From an uncultured Actinomycetota bacterium (lineage in GTDB: Bacteria; Actinomycetota; Actinomycetes; Propionibacteriales; Nocardioidaceae): a DNA stretch of 64,000 bases. This document shows, in pieces, positions 12,767 through 25,071 of this stretch. The translations under genes were made by a program, and so were the position numbers. The stretch covers positions 27,819-91,818 of the forward strand of contig CAWCDN010000010.1 of NCBI GenBank assembly GCA_963794355.1, written 5' to 3'. The notes below the pieces were generated by a model. That model was not told the DNA's origin. It did not search any database and saw nothing but the letters and a program-made list of their open reading frames with translations. The first letter of the stretch is position 1. Every line of letters begins with the position of its first letter.

Positions 12767-13477
12767 TCAGAGTCCTCGGGTGACCTGCCCGGCCGCGCCG
12801 CTGTCGGCGAGGTCGAGCAGGAACGGGTTGGTGGCGCGCTCGCGACCGATCGAGGTCTGGTCGCCGTGGCCGGGCAGCACCACCACGTCGTCGGGCAGCG
12901 TGAGCACCTTGGCACGGAGGGTCTCGAGCATCGTCGTGTGGTCACCGCCGGGCAGGTCGGTGCGCCCGATCGAGCCGGCGAACAGCAGGTCGCCGGAGAA
13001 CATCACCTCGGAGACGCCGTCGGCCCGGTACGGCGTGCGGAAGGTGACCGATCCCTGGGTGTGGCCCGGTGTGTGGTCGACCGTGACCGCCAGCCCGGCC
13101 AGCTCGAGGGTCTGGCCGTCGGCGAGCTCGGCGACGTCGTCGGGCTCCACGAACTCGTAGCGGCCGCCCAGGAGCATCGCGGCTGTCTCGCTGGAGATGC
13201 CGGCCATCGGGTCGGCGAGCAGGTGCCGGTCGGACGGGTGGATCCAGGCGGTGGCGTCGTAGGCGCCCGCCACCGGGGTCACCGACCACATGTGGTCGAT
13301 GTGGCCGTGGGTGAGCAGGACCGCGACGGGCTTGAGGTGGTGCTCGCGGACGATCTCGTCGACGCCGGCCGCAGCGTCCTGACCGGGATCGACCACGACG
13401 CACTCGGAGCCGGAGCCGGTGGCCACGACGTAGCAGTTGGCGGCCCACGAACCCGCTGGGAACCCGGCGATCAGCAC
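12767..13477 (-). CDS. MBL-fold metallo-hydrolase (glyoxalase II-like)
   Basis: THGHIDH, PGHTQG, SGDLLF, PGHG metal-binding motifs. Confidence 0.93.
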   Translation of the reverse strand: MLIAGFPAGSWAANCYVVATGSGSECVVVDPGQDAAAGVDEIVREHHLKPVAVLLTHGHIDHMWSVTPVAGAYDATAWIHPSDRHLLADPMAGISSETAAMLLGGRYEFVEPDDVAELADGQTLELAGLAVTVDHTPGHTQGSVTFRTPYRADGVSEVMFSGDLLFAGSIGRTDLPGGDHTTMLETLRAKVLTLPDDVVVLPGHGDQTSIGRERATNPFLLDLADSGAAGQVTRGL

Positions 13478-13558
13478 CCCGGCAGACTATCGACCGCCAG
13501 GAGCGTCGCTAGCATGGGGCGTTGCCGACCGGAGTGACGAGGACGTGAAGAGGACACA

Positions 13559-14788
13559 GTGACGACGAGCGATTGGGGACGCGTCGCCGAGGACGGAACC
13601 GTCTACGTCAGGACGGGTGACGGGGAGCGGTCCGTCGGCCAGTACCCCGAGGGGACGGCCGACGAGGCGTTGGCGTTCTACACCAAGCGGTACGACGAGC
13701 TCGCGGGCAGCGTGCACCTGCTCGAGCAGCGCGTCCAGGCCGGTGTGCTCTCCCCCGACGAGGCGGCCGAGGCCGTCCGCAACCTGCGGCCCCAGGTGGT
13801 CGAGGCCCACGCCGTCGGTGACCTGACCTCGCTGGTCGGCCGGCTCGACGCGCTGGGCCCGGTCATCTCCCAGCAGCGGCAGTCCCGACGCGCGGAGCGA
13901 GCCGAGAAGACCGCCGCCGCGAAGGTGGAGAAGGAGCGGCTGGTCGCGGAGGCCGAGAAGCTCGGCGAGGGCACCGACTGGCGCAACGGCGCGAACAAGC
14001 TGCGGCAGCTGCTCGACGAGTGGAAGGCACTGCCGAGGATCGACCGGGCCTCCGACGACGCGCTGTGGAAGCGGTTCTCGGGTGCCCGCACGTCGTACAC
14101 CCGGCGCCGGAAGGCGCACTTCGCGGAGCAGAACGAGAAGCGCGAGAGCGCCAAGGTCGTCAAGCAGCGGCTGGCGAAGGAGGCCGAGGCCATCGCCGGC
14201 TCGCGCGACTGGGGGCCGACCGCTTCGTCGTACCGCGACCTGATGCGGCAGTGGAAGGCCGCCGGTCCGGCGCCCCGTGATGTCGAGGACGCGCTGTGGA
14301 CCCGCTTCCGGGCCGCCCAGGACCAGTTCTTCGGGGCTCGCGACGAGGCGATGGCTGCGCAGGACGCGGAGTTCGCCGCGAACGCAGAGGAGAAGGAGAA
14401 GCTCCTCGTCGAGGCCGAGGCGCTGGTGCCGGTGACCGACGTGGCGGCGGCCAAGCGCTCGATCCGTGACCTCTCGGAGCGGTGGGACGCCATCGGCAAG
14501 GTGCCGCGCGACAAGATCCGCCCGCTGGAGGACCGGATGCGCGCCGTCGAGCAGGCGATCCGGGGTCTCGAGGAGGAGCAGTGGCGCAAGTCGGACCCCG
14601 AGAAGTCCGCCCGCGCAGACGACATGGTCTCCAAGCTCCAGCAGGCGATCGTTCAGGTGCAGGCCGACCTGGAGAAGGCACGCGCGGCTGGTGACCAGAA
14701 GAAGGTCAGCGACCTGGAGGACAACCTCGCGTCGCGCCAGGCCTTCCTCGAGATGGCCCAGCGCGCCTCCGCGGACTACTCCGGCTGA
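13559..14788 (+). CDS. DUF349 domain-containing protein
   Basis: WGRVAEDGTVYVRT N-terminus; repeated helical units ending in W..F..A; conserved position beside relA/hisS. Confidence 0.88.
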   Translation: MTTSDWGRVAEDGTVYVRTGDGERSVGQYPEGTADEALAFYTKRYDELAGSVHLLEQRVQAGVLSPDEAAEAVRNLRPQVVEAHAVGDLTSLVGRLDALGPVISQQRQSRRAERAEKTAAAKVEKERLVAEAEKLGEGTDWRNGANKLRQLLDEWKALPRIDRASDDALWKRFSGARTSYTRRRKAHFAEQNEKRESAKVVKQRLAKEAEAIAGSRDWGPTASSYRDLMRQWKAAGPAPRDVEDALWTRFRAAQDQFFGARDEAMAAQDAEFAANAEEKEKLLVEAEALVPVTDVAAAKRSIRDLSERWDAIGKVPRDKIRPLEDRMRAVEQAIRGLEEEQWRKSDPEKSARADDMVSKLQQAIVQVQADLEKARAAGDQKKVSDLEDNLASRQAFLEMAQRASADYSG

Positions 14789-14790
14789 CC

Positions 14791-15648
14791 GTGTCCGCCC
14801 GGGTGGCCGCGGCGGTCGAGGTCGCCGAGCGGCTCGGGATCACGGTCGCGACGCCGGTCGTGCTGCGTGAGGTGACGAGCACCCTCGTGCACCTCGCGCC
14901 GAGCCCCGTCGTAGCCCGCGTGTGGGCGACCGGCCGGCGCGACCCCGTGGTGGTCGCCTCCGAGCTCGCCATCACGACGTACCTCGCGAGCCGAGGAGCT
15001 CCGGTGACCGCGCCGTACGACGATCCCGGGCCGCACCGCGCCGGCGACCAGGTCGTGACGCTCTGGCACCTGGTCGACCACGACCCCGACCGACCGCTCG
15101 ACGCGCGCGCCGCGGGCCGGTCGCTGCGCGAGATGCACGACCTCCTGGCGAGCGCGGACGCTCCCGAGCTGCCCGACCTGCCGCACTTCGCCCGCTGGGA
15201 GGAGGCCTCGGCGATCGCCGCCGGGCTCACGCTGACCGACGCCGACCGGGCCGGCGTGGCAGAGACGCTGACCCTGACCGCCGAACGGCTGACGCGCCTC
15301 GACCTCCCGCTCCAGCCGCTCCACGGTGACGCGTGGCTCGGCAACGTCCTGCGCACGTCCAGCGGCCCGGTCTGGACCGACTTCGAGCTGGTCTGCCGAG
15401 GTCCCCGGGAGGTCGACCTCGGGGCCAACCTGAGCGCCGCGCGCGTGCGTGGGTGGTCGCCGGCGGACGACGAGCTGCTCGCGGGCTACGGCGATGTCGA
15501 CCGCGACCTGGTCGAGTCCCTGATCCCGCTGGCGGTGGTGCCGTTCGCGGTGTGGACCTTCCGGCTCGCTGCCGAGGACGCGGACTACCTCCCGGCTGCG
15601 CGGGCCAGGCTGGCGATGGCCCTCGACGGCCTGAGGGCTACTGGGTGA
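14791..15648 (+). CDS. Aminoglycoside phosphotransferase-family kinase
   Basis: Brenner-type HGDAWLGN motif and DFE motif. Confidence 0.82.
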   Translation: MSARVAAAVEVAERLGITVATPVVLREVTSTLVHLAPSPVVARVWATGRRDPVVVASELAITTYLASRGAPVTAPYDDPGPHRAGDQVVTLWHLVDHDPDRPLDARAAGRSLREMHDLLASADAPELPDLPHFARWEEASAIAAGLTLTDADRAGVAETLTLTAERLTRLDLPLQPLHGDAWLGNVLRTSSGPVWTDFELVCRGPREVDLGANLSAARVRGWSPADDELLAGYGDVDRDLVESLIPLAVVPFAVWTFRLAAEDADYLPAARARLAMALDGLRATG

Positions 15649-17962
15649 CGCGGTAGGCGTCGAAGACGCCGGGCACTCCGCGGACGGCGCGGAGGACGGT
15701 GTCGAGGTGCTTGGCCTCGGCCATCTCGAAGGTGAATCGGCTCTTGGCCACCCGGTCGCGGCCGGTGGACAGGGTGGCGCTGAGGATGTTCACGTGGGCG
15801 TCGGAGAGCACCATCGTGATGTCGGAGAGCAGCCGTGCCCGGTCGATGGCCTCGACCTGGATGTTCACCAGGAACGTCGAGCGACCGCTGGGCGCCCACT
15901 CGACGTCGAGCAGTCGCTCGGGCTGACGCTGGAGCTCCGCGGCGTTGGTGCAGTCGCGGCGGTGCACCGACACCCCGCCGCCCTTGGTCACGAACCCCAA
16001 GATGGCGTCGGGCGGCACCGGCGTGCAGCACTTCGCGAGCTTGACCCACACCTCGGGCGCACCCTTGACGATCACGCCGGAGTCGCCCTGCGCCGCCGTC
16101 TTCGAGCGGGCGCGCGACGTGGTGATGCTGACGCCCTCGGACAGGTCCTCCGCCGCGCCGTCATCGCCGCCGTGGAGCTCGATCACCCGGCGTACGACGG
16201 CCTGGGCGCTGAGGTTGTTCTCCCCCACCGCCGCGTACAGGGCCGAGACGTCCGCCAGCCGGAAGTGGAGGGCGGCCTCGGTCAGCGACTCGTGGGAGAG
16301 CACCCGCTTGAGCGGCTGGCCCTCCTTGCGCATGAGCTTGGCGATCTGCTCCTTGCCCCGCTCGATCGCCTCCTCGCGCCGCTCCTTGGTGAACCACTGC
16401 TTGATCTTGCTGCGCGCGCGCTGCGACTTCACGAACGTCAGCCAGTCGCGTGACGGCGCCGCAGTGGGGGCCTTGGAGGTGAAGATCTCGACGACGTCGG
16501 AGTTGTCGAGCGTCGACTCCAGCGGCACCAGCCGCCCGTTGACGCGGGCGCCGATGGTGCGGTGGCCGACCTCGGTGTGCACGGCGTAGGCGAAGTCGAC
16601 GGGCGTCGCCCCGACCGGCAGCGCGATCACGTCGCCGCGGGGCGTGAAGACGAAGACCTCGGCCCGGTTGATCTCGAAGCGCAACGACTCGAGGAACTCA
16701 CCGGGGTCCTCGACCTCGCTCTGCCAGTCGAGCAGCTGGCGGACCCAGTTCATGTCGTCGAGGTCGCCGAGCCGCTCGGTGTCGACGCCGGAGCGGCCGT
16801 TCTCCTTGTACTTCCAGTGCGCCGCGACGCCGTACTCCGCCCGGCGGTGCATCGACTGGGTGCGGATCTGCATCTCCACCGGCTTGCCCTGCGGCCCGAT
16901 CACGGTGGTGTGCAGCGACTGGTACATGTTGAACTTCGGCATCGCGACGTAGTCCTTGAACCGGCCGAGCACCGGGTTCCAGCGCGCGTGGATGACGCCC
17001 AGCGCGGAGTAGCAGTCGCGGTCCTCCTCGACCAGGATCCGGAGCCCCACCAGGTCGTAGATGTCGGTGAACTCGCGGCCGCCCACGATCATCTTCTGGT
17101 AGATCGAGTAGTAGTGCTTGGGTCGTCCGCGGACCACCGCCTTGACCTTGGCGTCCTTGAGGTCCTGCTCGACCTGCTCGATGACCTGGGTCAGGAACTG
17201 GTCTCGGGACGGCGCCCGCTCGGCCACCATCCGCACGATCTCGTCGTAGATCTTGGGGTGGAGGGTGGCGAACGCGAGGTCCTCGAGCTCCCACTTGATG
17301 GTGTTCATGCCGAGCCGGTGGGCCAGGGGCGCGTAGACGTCGAGCGACTCGGTGGCCTGCCGCTCCTGGGTCGCCTGTTTGACGTAACGGACCGTGCGCA
17401 TGTTGTGGAGGCGGTCGGCGAGCTTGATGACCAGCACCCGGATGTCGCGCGCCATCGCCACGATCATCTTGCGGATCGTCTCGGCCTGCGCGGAGTCGCC
17501 GTACTGCACCTTGTCGAGCTTGGTGACGCCGTCGACCAGCACCGCGACCTCGTCACCGAAGTCGGTGCGCAGCTGGTCGAGGGTGTACGTCGTGTCCTCG
17601 ACGGTGTCGTGGAGCAGGGCCGCGACCAGGGTGGGCTCGGTCATGCCGATGTCGGCGAGGATCGTGGTGACCGCGAGCGGGTGGGTGATGTAGGGGTCCC
17701 CGCTCTTGCGCGTCTGGGTGCGGTGGAGCTCCTCGGCGGTGCGGTAGGCGCGCTCGATCAGCGCGAGGTCGGCCTTGGGGTGGTTGGCCCGCACCGACCG
17801 GAACAGCGGCTCCAGCTCGGGCTTCTCCGCCGGGCTCCTGGCCCCCATCCGGGCCAGCCGGTTGCGCATGGCGCGGCGCGACGGGAGTCGGTCGGCAGCA
17901 CGCTCGCGCGCCGACGTCGCGGCACGCTCCGGTGCCGCGGGCAGACTGCCCTCGCTGGCCAT
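15638..17962 (-). CDS. relA: Bifunctional (p)ppGpp synthetase/hydrolase RelA/SpoT
   Basis: [14 protein letters not shown] (HD), [17 protein letters not shown] ([11 protein letters not shown]), C-terminal ACT domain. Confidence 0.97.
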   Translation of the reverse strand: MASEGSLPAAPERAATSARERAADRLPSRRAMRNRLARMGARSPAEKPELEPLFRSVRANHPKADLALIERAYRTAEELHRTQTRKSGDPYITHPLAVTTILADIGMTEPTLVAALLHDTVEDTTYTLDQLRTDFGDEVAVLVDGVTKLDKVQYGDSAQAETIRKMIVAMARDIRVLVIKLADRLHNMRTVRYVKQATQERQATESLDVYAPLAHRLGMNTIKWELEDLAFATLHPKIYDEIVRMVAERAPSRDQFLTQVIEQVEQDLKDAKVKAVVRGRPKHYYSIYQKMIVGGREFTDIYDLVGLRILVEEDRDCYSALGVIHARWNPVLGRFKDYVAMPKFNMYQSLHTTVIGPQGKPVEMQIRTQSMHRRAEYGVAAHWKYKENGRSGVDTERLGDLDDMNWVRQLLDWQSEVEDPGEFLESLRFEINRAEVFVFTPRGDVIALPVGATPVDFAYAVHTEVGHRTIGARVNGRLVPLESTLDNSDVVEIFTSKAPTAAPSRDWLTFVKSQRARSKIKQWFTKERREEAIERGKEQIAKLMRKEGQPLKRVLSHESLTEAALHFRLADVSALYAAVGENNLSAQAVVRRVIELHGGDDGAAEDLSEGVSITTSRARSKTAAQGDSGVIVKGAPEVWVKLAKCCTPVPPDAILGFVTKGGGVSVHRRDCTNAAELQRQPERLLDVEWAPSGRSTFLVNIQVEAIDRARLLSDITMVLSDAHVNILSATLSTGRDRVAKSRFTFEMAEAKHLDTVLRAVRGVPGVFDAYRVTQ

Positions 17963-17992
17963 GCTCCGAGTCTACGCAGGCGGGCTCGGCCC

Positions 17993-18547
17993 TCAGACGG
18001 TCATCAGGCTGGTGAGAGGCAGGTCTCCGAGAGCCTCGCGGCCGGGCAGGAAGCTCAGGTCCATCAGCACCGCTACCCCGGTCGCGACCGCACCGCACCT
18101 CTCGACGAGCCGGCGGGTGGCAGCGACGGTCCCGCCGGTGGCCAGGACGTCGTCGAGGAGCAGCACGCGATCGCCCGGCCGCAGGCCGTCGCGGTGGATC
18201 TCGAGGGTCGCCTCGCCGTACTCGAGGGCATAGGTCTCGGCGTACGTCTCACGCGGGAGCTTGCCGGCCTTGCGCACCGGCACGAAGCCCGCGCCGAGGG
18301 CGAGCGCCACCGGTGCGGCGAGGATGAACCCGCGCGCCTCCATGCCGACCACGTGGTCGACCACGGAGCGGCCCGACTTGTCGCGACCCGCGACCGCGAG
18401 AGCCTCGATGACCGCACCGAACGTCGTCGGGTCCGCCAACATCGGGGTGATGTCCTTGAACACCACCCCGGGCTCGGGGTAGTCCGGGACGTCGATGACC
18501 AGCTCGCGCAGCAGCGCACCGGCGTCGACCGTGCCGGGTGGGGTCAC
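17993..18547 (-). CDS. apt: Adenine phosphoribosyltransferase
   Basis: DYPEPGVVFKDIT, EARGF, VRKAGKLP, LDDVLATGGT. Confidence 0.96.
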   Translation of the reverse strand: MTPPGTVDAGALLRELVIDVPDYPEPGVVFKDITPMLADPTTFGAVIEALAVAGRDKSGRSVVDHVVGMEARGFILAAPVALALGAGFVPVRKAGKLPRETYAETYALEYGEATLEIHRDGLRPGDRVLLLDDVLATGGTVAATRRLVERCGAVATGVAVLMDLSFLPGREALGDLPLTSLMTV

Positions 18548-19788
18548 TTCTTGCCTCGTTTGGACTTCGTCTGCCGGGTCGGCTGCACCCTCCCCGACGA
18601 CGAGCTCGGAGCCACCGGCCCGCGCGACGGCGGTACGACGCGTCCGCGGCCCACCGCCTCGGTGGACGGCTGCGGACGGTTTCCCCCGGTCGGGGCGACG
18701 GCCGGCTTCGCACCCTCACCACGCGCTGGCGCGTCGTTCGGGTCCGCGCCGATGGGCAGGTCGTCGGCGTACGCCGGCACCGACGCGTAGCGGTCGGCCT
18801 CGTGCCGGCGGCGGGCCTTGACCCTCTTCTCCTGCTCCTGCAGCGCGGGCTCGCGCATCTTCATCCAGGCCAGCAGCGGGGTGGCGATGAAGATCGAGGA
18901 GTAGGCGCCGGCAGCCATGCCGACGAACAGCGCGAGCGCGAGGTCCTTGAGAGGCCCGTTGCCGAGCTGCACGGCCCCGACGTAGAGGATGGCGCCGACC
19001 GGGATCAGCGCCACGATCGAGGTGTTGATGGAGCGCACCAGGGTCTGGTTGACCGCGAGGTTGGAGGCCTCGGCGTAGGTCTGATGGGTGTCCCTCAGGT
19101 TCTTGGTGTTCTCGCGCACCTTGTCGAAGACCACGACCGTGTCGTACAGCGAGAACCCGAGGATGGTCAGCACCCCCGTCACCGTCGCCGGTGTCACCTC
19201 GAAGCCCGACAGGGCATAGATCCCGATCGTGATGATGAGGTCGTGGATCAGGGCGACGATGGCGGCCACAGACATCTTCCACTGCCGGAAGTAGCCCCAG
19301 ATGAGGAGCACCACCAGGAACAGGAACACGACGAGGCCGGTGATCGAGCGTTTGGCGACCTCCTTTCCCCAGCTGGGCCCGATCTCGTCGACGGAGATGT
19401 CGCCCTTGGTGACCCCGATCGTCGACTGGATCGTGGAGGAGATCTCCGCGCCCTCGGCCGGCGTCAACGGCTCGGTCTCGACCAGGATGGAGTTCTTGCC
19501 GGCCACCGTGACGACCGCCTGCTGCGCCGCGTCGATGCCGGTGCCGGACACGGCGTTGCGGAGCTCGTCGGCGTTGCTCTGCGTCACGTCGCCGCTGGGC
19601 ACCGAGACGGTGTACTGCGCGCCGCCCACGAACTCGATGCCGTAGTTGAGGCCCCGGAAGTAGAGGCCGAGGATCGCGGCGATGATGATGATGCCCGAGA
19701 TCGCGAACCAGAGGCGGGTCCGACCGACGAAGTCGATCGACCGCTTGCCGGAGTAGAGATCGTTGCCGAGGCGGCTGAACTTGCCCAT
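18544..19788 (-). CDS. secF: Protein translocase subunit SecF
   Basis: GIEFVGG, ILGFSLYDTVVVFDKVREN, RSINTS; start set at MGKFSRLG. Confidence 0.95.
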   Translation of the reverse strand: MGKFSRLGNDLYSGKRSIDFVGRTRLWFAISGIIIIAAILGLYFRGLNYGIEFVGGAQYTVSVPSGDVTQSNADELRNAVSGTGIDAAQQAVVTVAGKNSILVETEPLTPAEGAEISSTIQSTIGVTKGDISVDEIGPSWGKEVAKRSITGLVVFLFLVVLLIWGYFRQWKMSVAAIVALIHDLIITIGIYALSGFEVTPATVTGVLTILGFSLYDTVVVFDKVRENTKNLRDTHQTYAEASNLAVNQTLVRSINTSIVALIPVGAILYVGAVQLGNGPLKDLALALFVGMAAGAYSSIFIATPLLAWMKMREPALQEQEKRVKARRRHEADRYASVPAYADDLPIGADPNDAPARGEGAKPAVAPTGGNRPQPSTEAVGRGRVVPPSRGPVAPSSSSGRVQPTRQTKSKRGKK

Positions 19789-21578
19789 CAGGCCCTCCCT
19801 CCTGCCGGAAGCCGGTCGAGGCCGAGGTTCTCCGCGTCGAGCCCGGAGAGCTTGTGGCCCTTGTTGAAGAACGGGAACCGCGCCAGCCACGACACCATCG
19901 GGTGGGTGAACCAGAAGAACACCACGAGGTCGATGATCGTCGACAGGCCGAGGGCGAAGGCGAAGCCCTTCACCACGCCGGCGGCGAAGACATAGAGCAC
20001 GACCGCGGCCAGGATCGACACCGAGTCGGCCGCCAGACACGTCGCCCGCGCCCGGATCCAGCCCGTCTCGACGGCGACCCGCATGGACTTGCCGCCTCGC
20101 ATCTCGTCACGTATCCGCTCGAAGTACACGATGAACGAGTCGGCGGTGATGCCGACCGCGACGATCAGTCCGGCGATGCCTGGCAGGGTCAGGGTGAAGC
20201 CTGCGCTCTTGGCCAGCAGCAGGACCATGGCGTACGTGGTGGCTGCCGCGACGAGCAGTGACGCGATGACGACCAGTCCCAGCCCGCGGTAGTAGACCAG
20301 GCAGTAGAGCATCACCAGGAAGAGCCCGAGGAGCCCGGCCGTGATGCCGGCCTGCAGCTGGTCGGTGGCCAGCGAGGGCCCGATGGTCTGGGTCGTCAGC
20401 TTGTTCTGGTCGAACGTGATCGGCAGCGCGCCGTACTTGAGGCTGGTCGCCAGGCTCTTGGCCTCCGACTCCGTGAAGTTGCCGGTGATCTGCGACGTGC
20501 CGTTGGGGATGACGCCGTTGAAGGTGGGCGCAGAGATCACGGCCCCGTCGAGCACGATCGCGAACTGCTTGTTGGTGTTCACCATCGCCTGCGAGAGCTT
20601 GAACTGCTCGTCCGCACCCGGGTTCTTCAGCTGGATGTTGACCGTCCACTGCACCTGCCCCTGTGAGCTTCCGGGCGCGCCCGCCGAGGCGGAGGTGATG
20701 TCGGTGCCCTCGATCAGCGCCGGGGACAGGAGGTACTTCACGTACTGGCCCGTGTTCGGGTCGGGCTCCTGGCTGCAGGTGACCAGCGGGATCGCCGGGT
20801 TGTCGTCGACCGGCGTCGCGGCCGGGCACGTGAAGTTGTTGTACACCTCGACCGACTGGGGGTCGGGGTTGGTCATCCAGGTGAGCGCGTCCTCGTAGGC
20901 CGCCTTGTTGGCGGCGGTGTAGGTGATGTCACTGGTGGAGGTCGGCCCGGTGGTCCCGTCCGTCGTACCCGCGCTCGGGCTCGCGCTGGGCGAGGAGCTG
21001 GGACTGGACGTCGCCGTGGCCTGGGCGGGCGCCTGTGCCTTCTTCGCCTTCTTCTTGTCCTTGCCGAGCAGGGCCGGCGGGCGGTTCTTGCCGGACGGCT
21101 TGCTGGTCGCCTTGGACTTCGACGGGTTGGCGCTGGGCGGCAGGATCACGCCCGACCCGGGCGACGAGGACGGCGTCGACTGCGGCGTGGTCGGCGGCGT
21201 CGTGGTGCCGGTCTGGGGCACCTGCGCGACGAGGCGGAACCGCAGCTGCGCCTGACGCTCGACGGTCTCCACCAGGCCGCTCTGCGTGGGGCCGGGTACC
21301 TGCACCACGATCTCGTTGTTGCCCTGGGTGTTGACGGTCGCCTCGGTGACACCGGAGCCGTTGACCCGGCTGTCGATGATGCTGGCCGCTTCCTGGAGGT
21401 TGTCCTTGGTGACGTTCTGGCCGTCCTTGGCCGTCAGCGTGATCTGGGTGCCACCCTCGAGGTCGAGGCCGAGCGCCGGCTTCCAGGTGCCGATCACGGC
21501 CACCAGGGCATAGGCCAGCCCCAGGACGATGAAGAACACCGCGACGGTGCGTCCCGGGCGGGCGGTCTTGCGTGCCAT
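19788..21578 (-). CDS. secD: Protein translocase subunit SecD
   Basis: LGLDLEGG, AIVLDG, LKYGALP, IGPSL, DSFIVYFERIRDE. Confidence 0.96.
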   Translation of the reverse strand: MARKTARPGRTVAVFFIVLGLAYALVAVIGTWKPALGLDLEGGTQITLTAKDGQNVTKDNLQEAASIIDSRVNGSGVTEATVNTQGNNEIVVQVPGPTQSGLVETVERQAQLRFRLVAQVPQTGTTTPPTTPQSTPSSSPGSGVILPPSANPSKSKATSKPSGKNRPPALLGKDKKKAKKAQAPAQATATSSPSSSPSASPSAGTTDGTTGPTSTSDITYTAANKAAYEDALTWMTNPDPQSVEVYNNFTCPAATPVDDNPAIPLVTCSQEPDPNTGQYVKYLLSPALIEGTDITSASAGAPGSSQGQVQWTVNIQLKNPGADEQFKLSQAMVNTNKQFAIVLDGAVISAPTFNGVIPNGTSQITGNFTESEAKSLATSLKYGALPITFDQNKLTTQTIGPSLATDQLQAGITAGLLGLFLVMLYCLVYYRGLGLVVIASLLVAAATTYAMVLLLAKSAGFTLTLPGIAGLIVAVGITADSFIVYFERIRDEMRGGKSMRVAVETGWIRARATCLAADSVSILAAVVLYVFAAGVVKGFAFALGLSTIIDLVVFFWFTHPMVSWLARFPFFNKGHKLSGLDAENLGLDRLPAGGRA

Positions 21579-21581
21579 CGA

Positions 21582-21905
21582 CTACTTCTCCTCCGGCTCG
21601 TCGACCGGCTGGCCGACGAGCTCTGCTTCCTCGTCCGTGGGCTGCGTCGCGGGGGTGACCTGACCGATCGCCGCACGGATGACCCGGACGGTCACCCCGT
21701 CGGCCACCTCCAGCACGATCTTGTCGTCGTCGAGCGCCTGCACGGTGCCGAAGATCCCCGAGGTCAGCATCACCTCGTCACCCACACTCACGGCACGCTG
21801 CATGCTGCCCATCTCGCGCTGGCGCCGCTGGGCGGGTCGCACGAACAGGAACCAGAACAGCAGTGCGATCCCGATCAAGGGCAGGAACGTGAGCACCGTG
21901 TCCAC
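21582..21905 (-). CDS. yajC: Preprotein translocase subunit YajC
   Basis: N-terminal TM, RPAQRRQ, GDEVMLTSGIFGTV; directly upstream of secD. Confidence 0.93.
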   Translation of the reverse strand: MDTVLTFLPLIGIALLFWFLFVRPAQRRQREMGSMQRAVSVGDEVMLTSGIFGTVQALDDDKIVLEVADGVTVRVIRAAIGQVTPATQPTDEEAELVGQPVDEPEEK

Positions 21906-22012
21906 GACTTCCTTCGACTAGAGGTGAGATGGGGGGTGCGTGCAGGCTGGAGACGCACCGGTCGGGCCGACCGAAGGTGAAGTGTAACCGGGTGGGTGGG
22001 ACCACCCCGAAA

Positions 22013-23083
22013 TCAGGACTCGAAGAGCGTCACGTCGCCGAGATCACCCGGCGGCGGCGTCAGCCCGAGGTGCTCCCAGGCGGCTCGCGTGGCCACCCGG
22101 CCACGCGGCGTACGGGCCAGGAAGCCGTTGCGGACGAGGAAGGGCTCGGCCACCTCCTCGACCGTCTCGCGCTCCTCACCGACCGCCACCGCCAGCGTGG
22201 AGATGCCGACCGGGCCGCCACCGAAGCGGCGGCAGAGGGCGTCGAGGACCCCACGGTCGAGGCGGTCGAGCCCGAGCTGGTCGACCTCGTAGAGGTCGAG
22301 CGCAGCATGCGCGATGTCGCGGGTGACCACCCCGTCGGCCCGCACCTGGGCGTAGTCGCGGACGCGGCGCAGCAGCCGGTTGGCGATCCGCGGCGTGCCG
22401 CGCGAGCGCGAGGCGATCTCGGCGGTGCCCGCAGCCTCCGCCTCGACTCCGAGGAGGCCCGCCGAGCGCCGGATGATGGTGTCGAGGTCGTCGGCGTCGT
22501 AGAACTCCAGCTGCGCAGTGAAGCCGAACCGGTCGCGCAGCGGGCCCGGCAGCAGGCCGGCTCGGGTCGTGGCACCGACGAGCGTGAACGGCGGGATCTC
22601 GAGCGGGATCGCGGTGGCCCCGGGGCCCTTGCCGATCACCACGTCGACCCGGAAGTCCTCCATCGCGAGGTACAGCATCTCCTCGGCCGGACGCGACATC
22701 CGGTGGATCTCGTCGACGAAGAGCACGTCGCCGTCGTTGAGCCCGGACAGGATCGCGGCGAGGTCGCCCGCGTGGGTGATGGCCGGGCCGCTCGTCACGC
22801 GCAGGGGCGTGGACATCTCGTGGGCGATGATCATCGCCAGGGTGGTCTTGCCGAGGCCGGGCGGGCCCGACAGCAGCACGTGGTCGGAGGCGCGACCACG
22901 ACGCCGCGCGGCCTCGAGGACCAGCCCGAGCTGCTCGCGGACCCGTACCTGGCCGACCACCTCGTCGAGGGTGCGTGGCCGCAGCCCGGCCTCGACGGCG
23001 CGCTCGTCGCCCTCCGCCTCGGCCGTGGTCAGGGAGGCGAGGTAGGCCTCCTCATGGGCCTCCAGCTCGTCGCGTGGCGTCAT
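22013..23083 (-). CDS. ruvB: Holliday junction branch migration helicase RuvB
   Basis: [35 protein letters not shown]. Confidence 0.97.
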   Translation of the reverse strand: MTPRDELEAHEEAYLASLTTAEAEGDERAVEAGLRPRTLDEVVGQVRVREQLGLVLEAARRRGRASDHVLLSGPPGLGKTTLAMIIAHEMSTPLRVTSGPAITHAGDLAAILSGLNDGDVLFVDEIHRMSRPAEEMLYLAMEDFRVDVVIGKGPGATAIPLEIPPFTLVGATTRAGLLPGPLRDRFGFTAQLEFYDADDLDTIIRRSAGLLGVEAEAAGTAEIASRSRGTPRIANRLLRRVRDYAQVRADGVVTRDIAHAALDLYEVDQLGLDRLDRGVLDALCRRFGGGPVGISTLAVAVGEERETVEEVAEPFLVRNGFLARTPRGRVATRAAWEHLGLTPPPGDLGDVTLFES

Positions 23084-23087
23084 CGGC

Positions 23088-23684
23088 TCACGCCTTGCTC
23101 AGGCTGCGGAGGGCCGCGCGCAGGAGGGCGGCGACGTCGGGACGCTCACCGGCCTGGTCGGCCACGGTCTCGATCGCCTGGTCGGCGTCCTTGGCCGACC
23201 ACCCGAGCCCGACCAGACCCTGCTGCACCTGGTCGCGCCACGGCTCCGACACGTGGGGGCGAGGAGCGGCGCCCGACGACATCGGCGCGCCGATCCGGTC
23301 CTTGAGCTCGAGGATGATCCGCTGGGCACCCTTCTGACCGATGCCGGGCACCGCGGTGAGGGTGCGGACGTCGTCACCGGCGACGGCACGTCGTACGGCG
23401 TCGGGCGTGAGCACCGCGAGCATCGCCTGGGCGAGCTTGGGGCCGACGCCGCTGGCGGTCTGGACGAGCTCGAAGACCTGCTTCTCGTCGTCGTCGACGA
23501 AGCCGAAGAGCGTCAGGGAGTCCTCGCGCACGACCATCGAGGTCGGCAGCGCGGCGACCTGACCGACCCTCAGCTCGGCCAGCGTGTTCGGCGTGCACAT
23601 CAGCTCGAGTCCGACCCCGCCGACCTCGAGGACCGCGCTGGTGAGGGTGAGGGCGGCGACCTCGCCGCGGACGTAGGCGATCAA
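23088..23684 (-). CDS. ruvA: Holliday junction branch migration protein RuvA
   Basis: TTG start after GGAGGA (IAYVRGEV), [24 protein letters not shown]. Confidence 0.94.
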   Translation of the reverse strand: MIAYVRGEVAALTLTSAVLEVGGVGLELMCTPNTLAELRVGQVAALPTSMVVREDSLTLFGFVDDDEKQVFELVQTASGVGPKLAQAMLAVLTPDAVRRAVAGDDVRTLTAVPGIGQKGAQRIILELKDRIGAPMSSGAAPRPHVSEPWRDQVQQGLVGLGWSAKDADQAIETVADQAGERPDVAALLRAALRSLSKA

Positions 23685-24205
23685 CGGGTCCTCCGTCCGG
23701 CTGCCGCGAGGGCGGCGTCGATGCGGGCCTGCGCTCCCCCGCGCCAGATGTGGGTGATGGCCAGAGCGAGAGCATCGGCGGCGTCGGCGGGCTTGGGGGG
23801 CGCGTCGAGGCGGAGGATGCGGGTCACCATCGCCCCGACCTGGGCCTTGTCGGCCCGCCCGCTGCCCGAGACGGCCGCCTTGACCTCGCTCGGCGTGTGG
23901 AGCGCGATCGGCAGGCCGCGCCGGGCGGCCGCCACCATTGCGATGCCACTGGCCTGGGCGGTGCCCATGATCGTGCTGGAGTCCGATCGTGCGAAGACCC
24001 GCTCGATGGCGACGGCGTCGGGCCGGTGCTCGTCGAGCCAGGCCTCGATGCCGCGCTCGATGTGGACCAGGCGCTGGGAGACGTGCTCGTCGGCGGAGGT
24101 GCGGAGCACGTTGACGTCGACCATGCGCAAGGGGCGGCCCACGCTGCCCTCGACCACGCCCATGCCGCACCGGGTCAGGCCCGGGTCGATCCCCAGCACG
24201 CGCAT
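23681..24205 (-). CDS. ruvC: Crossover junction endodeoxyribonuclease RuvC
   Basis: [35 protein letters not shown]. Confidence 0.96.
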   Translation of the reverse strand: MRVLGIDPGLTRCGMGVVEGSVGRPLRMVDVNVLRTSADEHVSQRLVHIERGIEAWLDEHRPDAVAIERVFARSDSSTIMGTAQASGIAMVAAARRGLPIALHTPSEVKAAVSGSGRADKAQVGAMVTRILRLDAPPKPADAADALALAITHIWRGGAQARIDAALAAAGRRTR

Positions 24206-24222
24206 GCCGTCACACCCTCCGT

Positions 24223-24238
24223 CCGAACACCTGTTCGC
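24223..24238. promoter_or_regulatory. LexA (SOS) box upstream of ruvCAB
   Basis: CCGAAC-ACCT-GTTCGC, 18 bp upstream of ruvC start; matches actinobacterial TCGAAC-N4-GTTCGA. Confidence 0.82.
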
Positions 24239-24294
24239 ACGGTCACGCTATCCGGACGCGGCGCCGGGACGCCGTACGACACGCGTAGGGGTGG

Positions 24295-25059
<765 letters not shown>

Positions 25060-25071
25060 GCTTCCTCTTCT

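Noticed and set aside
19788-21578. Low-complexity Pro/Thr/Ser/Lys insert in SecD
   Set aside because: A flexible linker common in actinobacterial SecD, with no sign of a mobile insertion.
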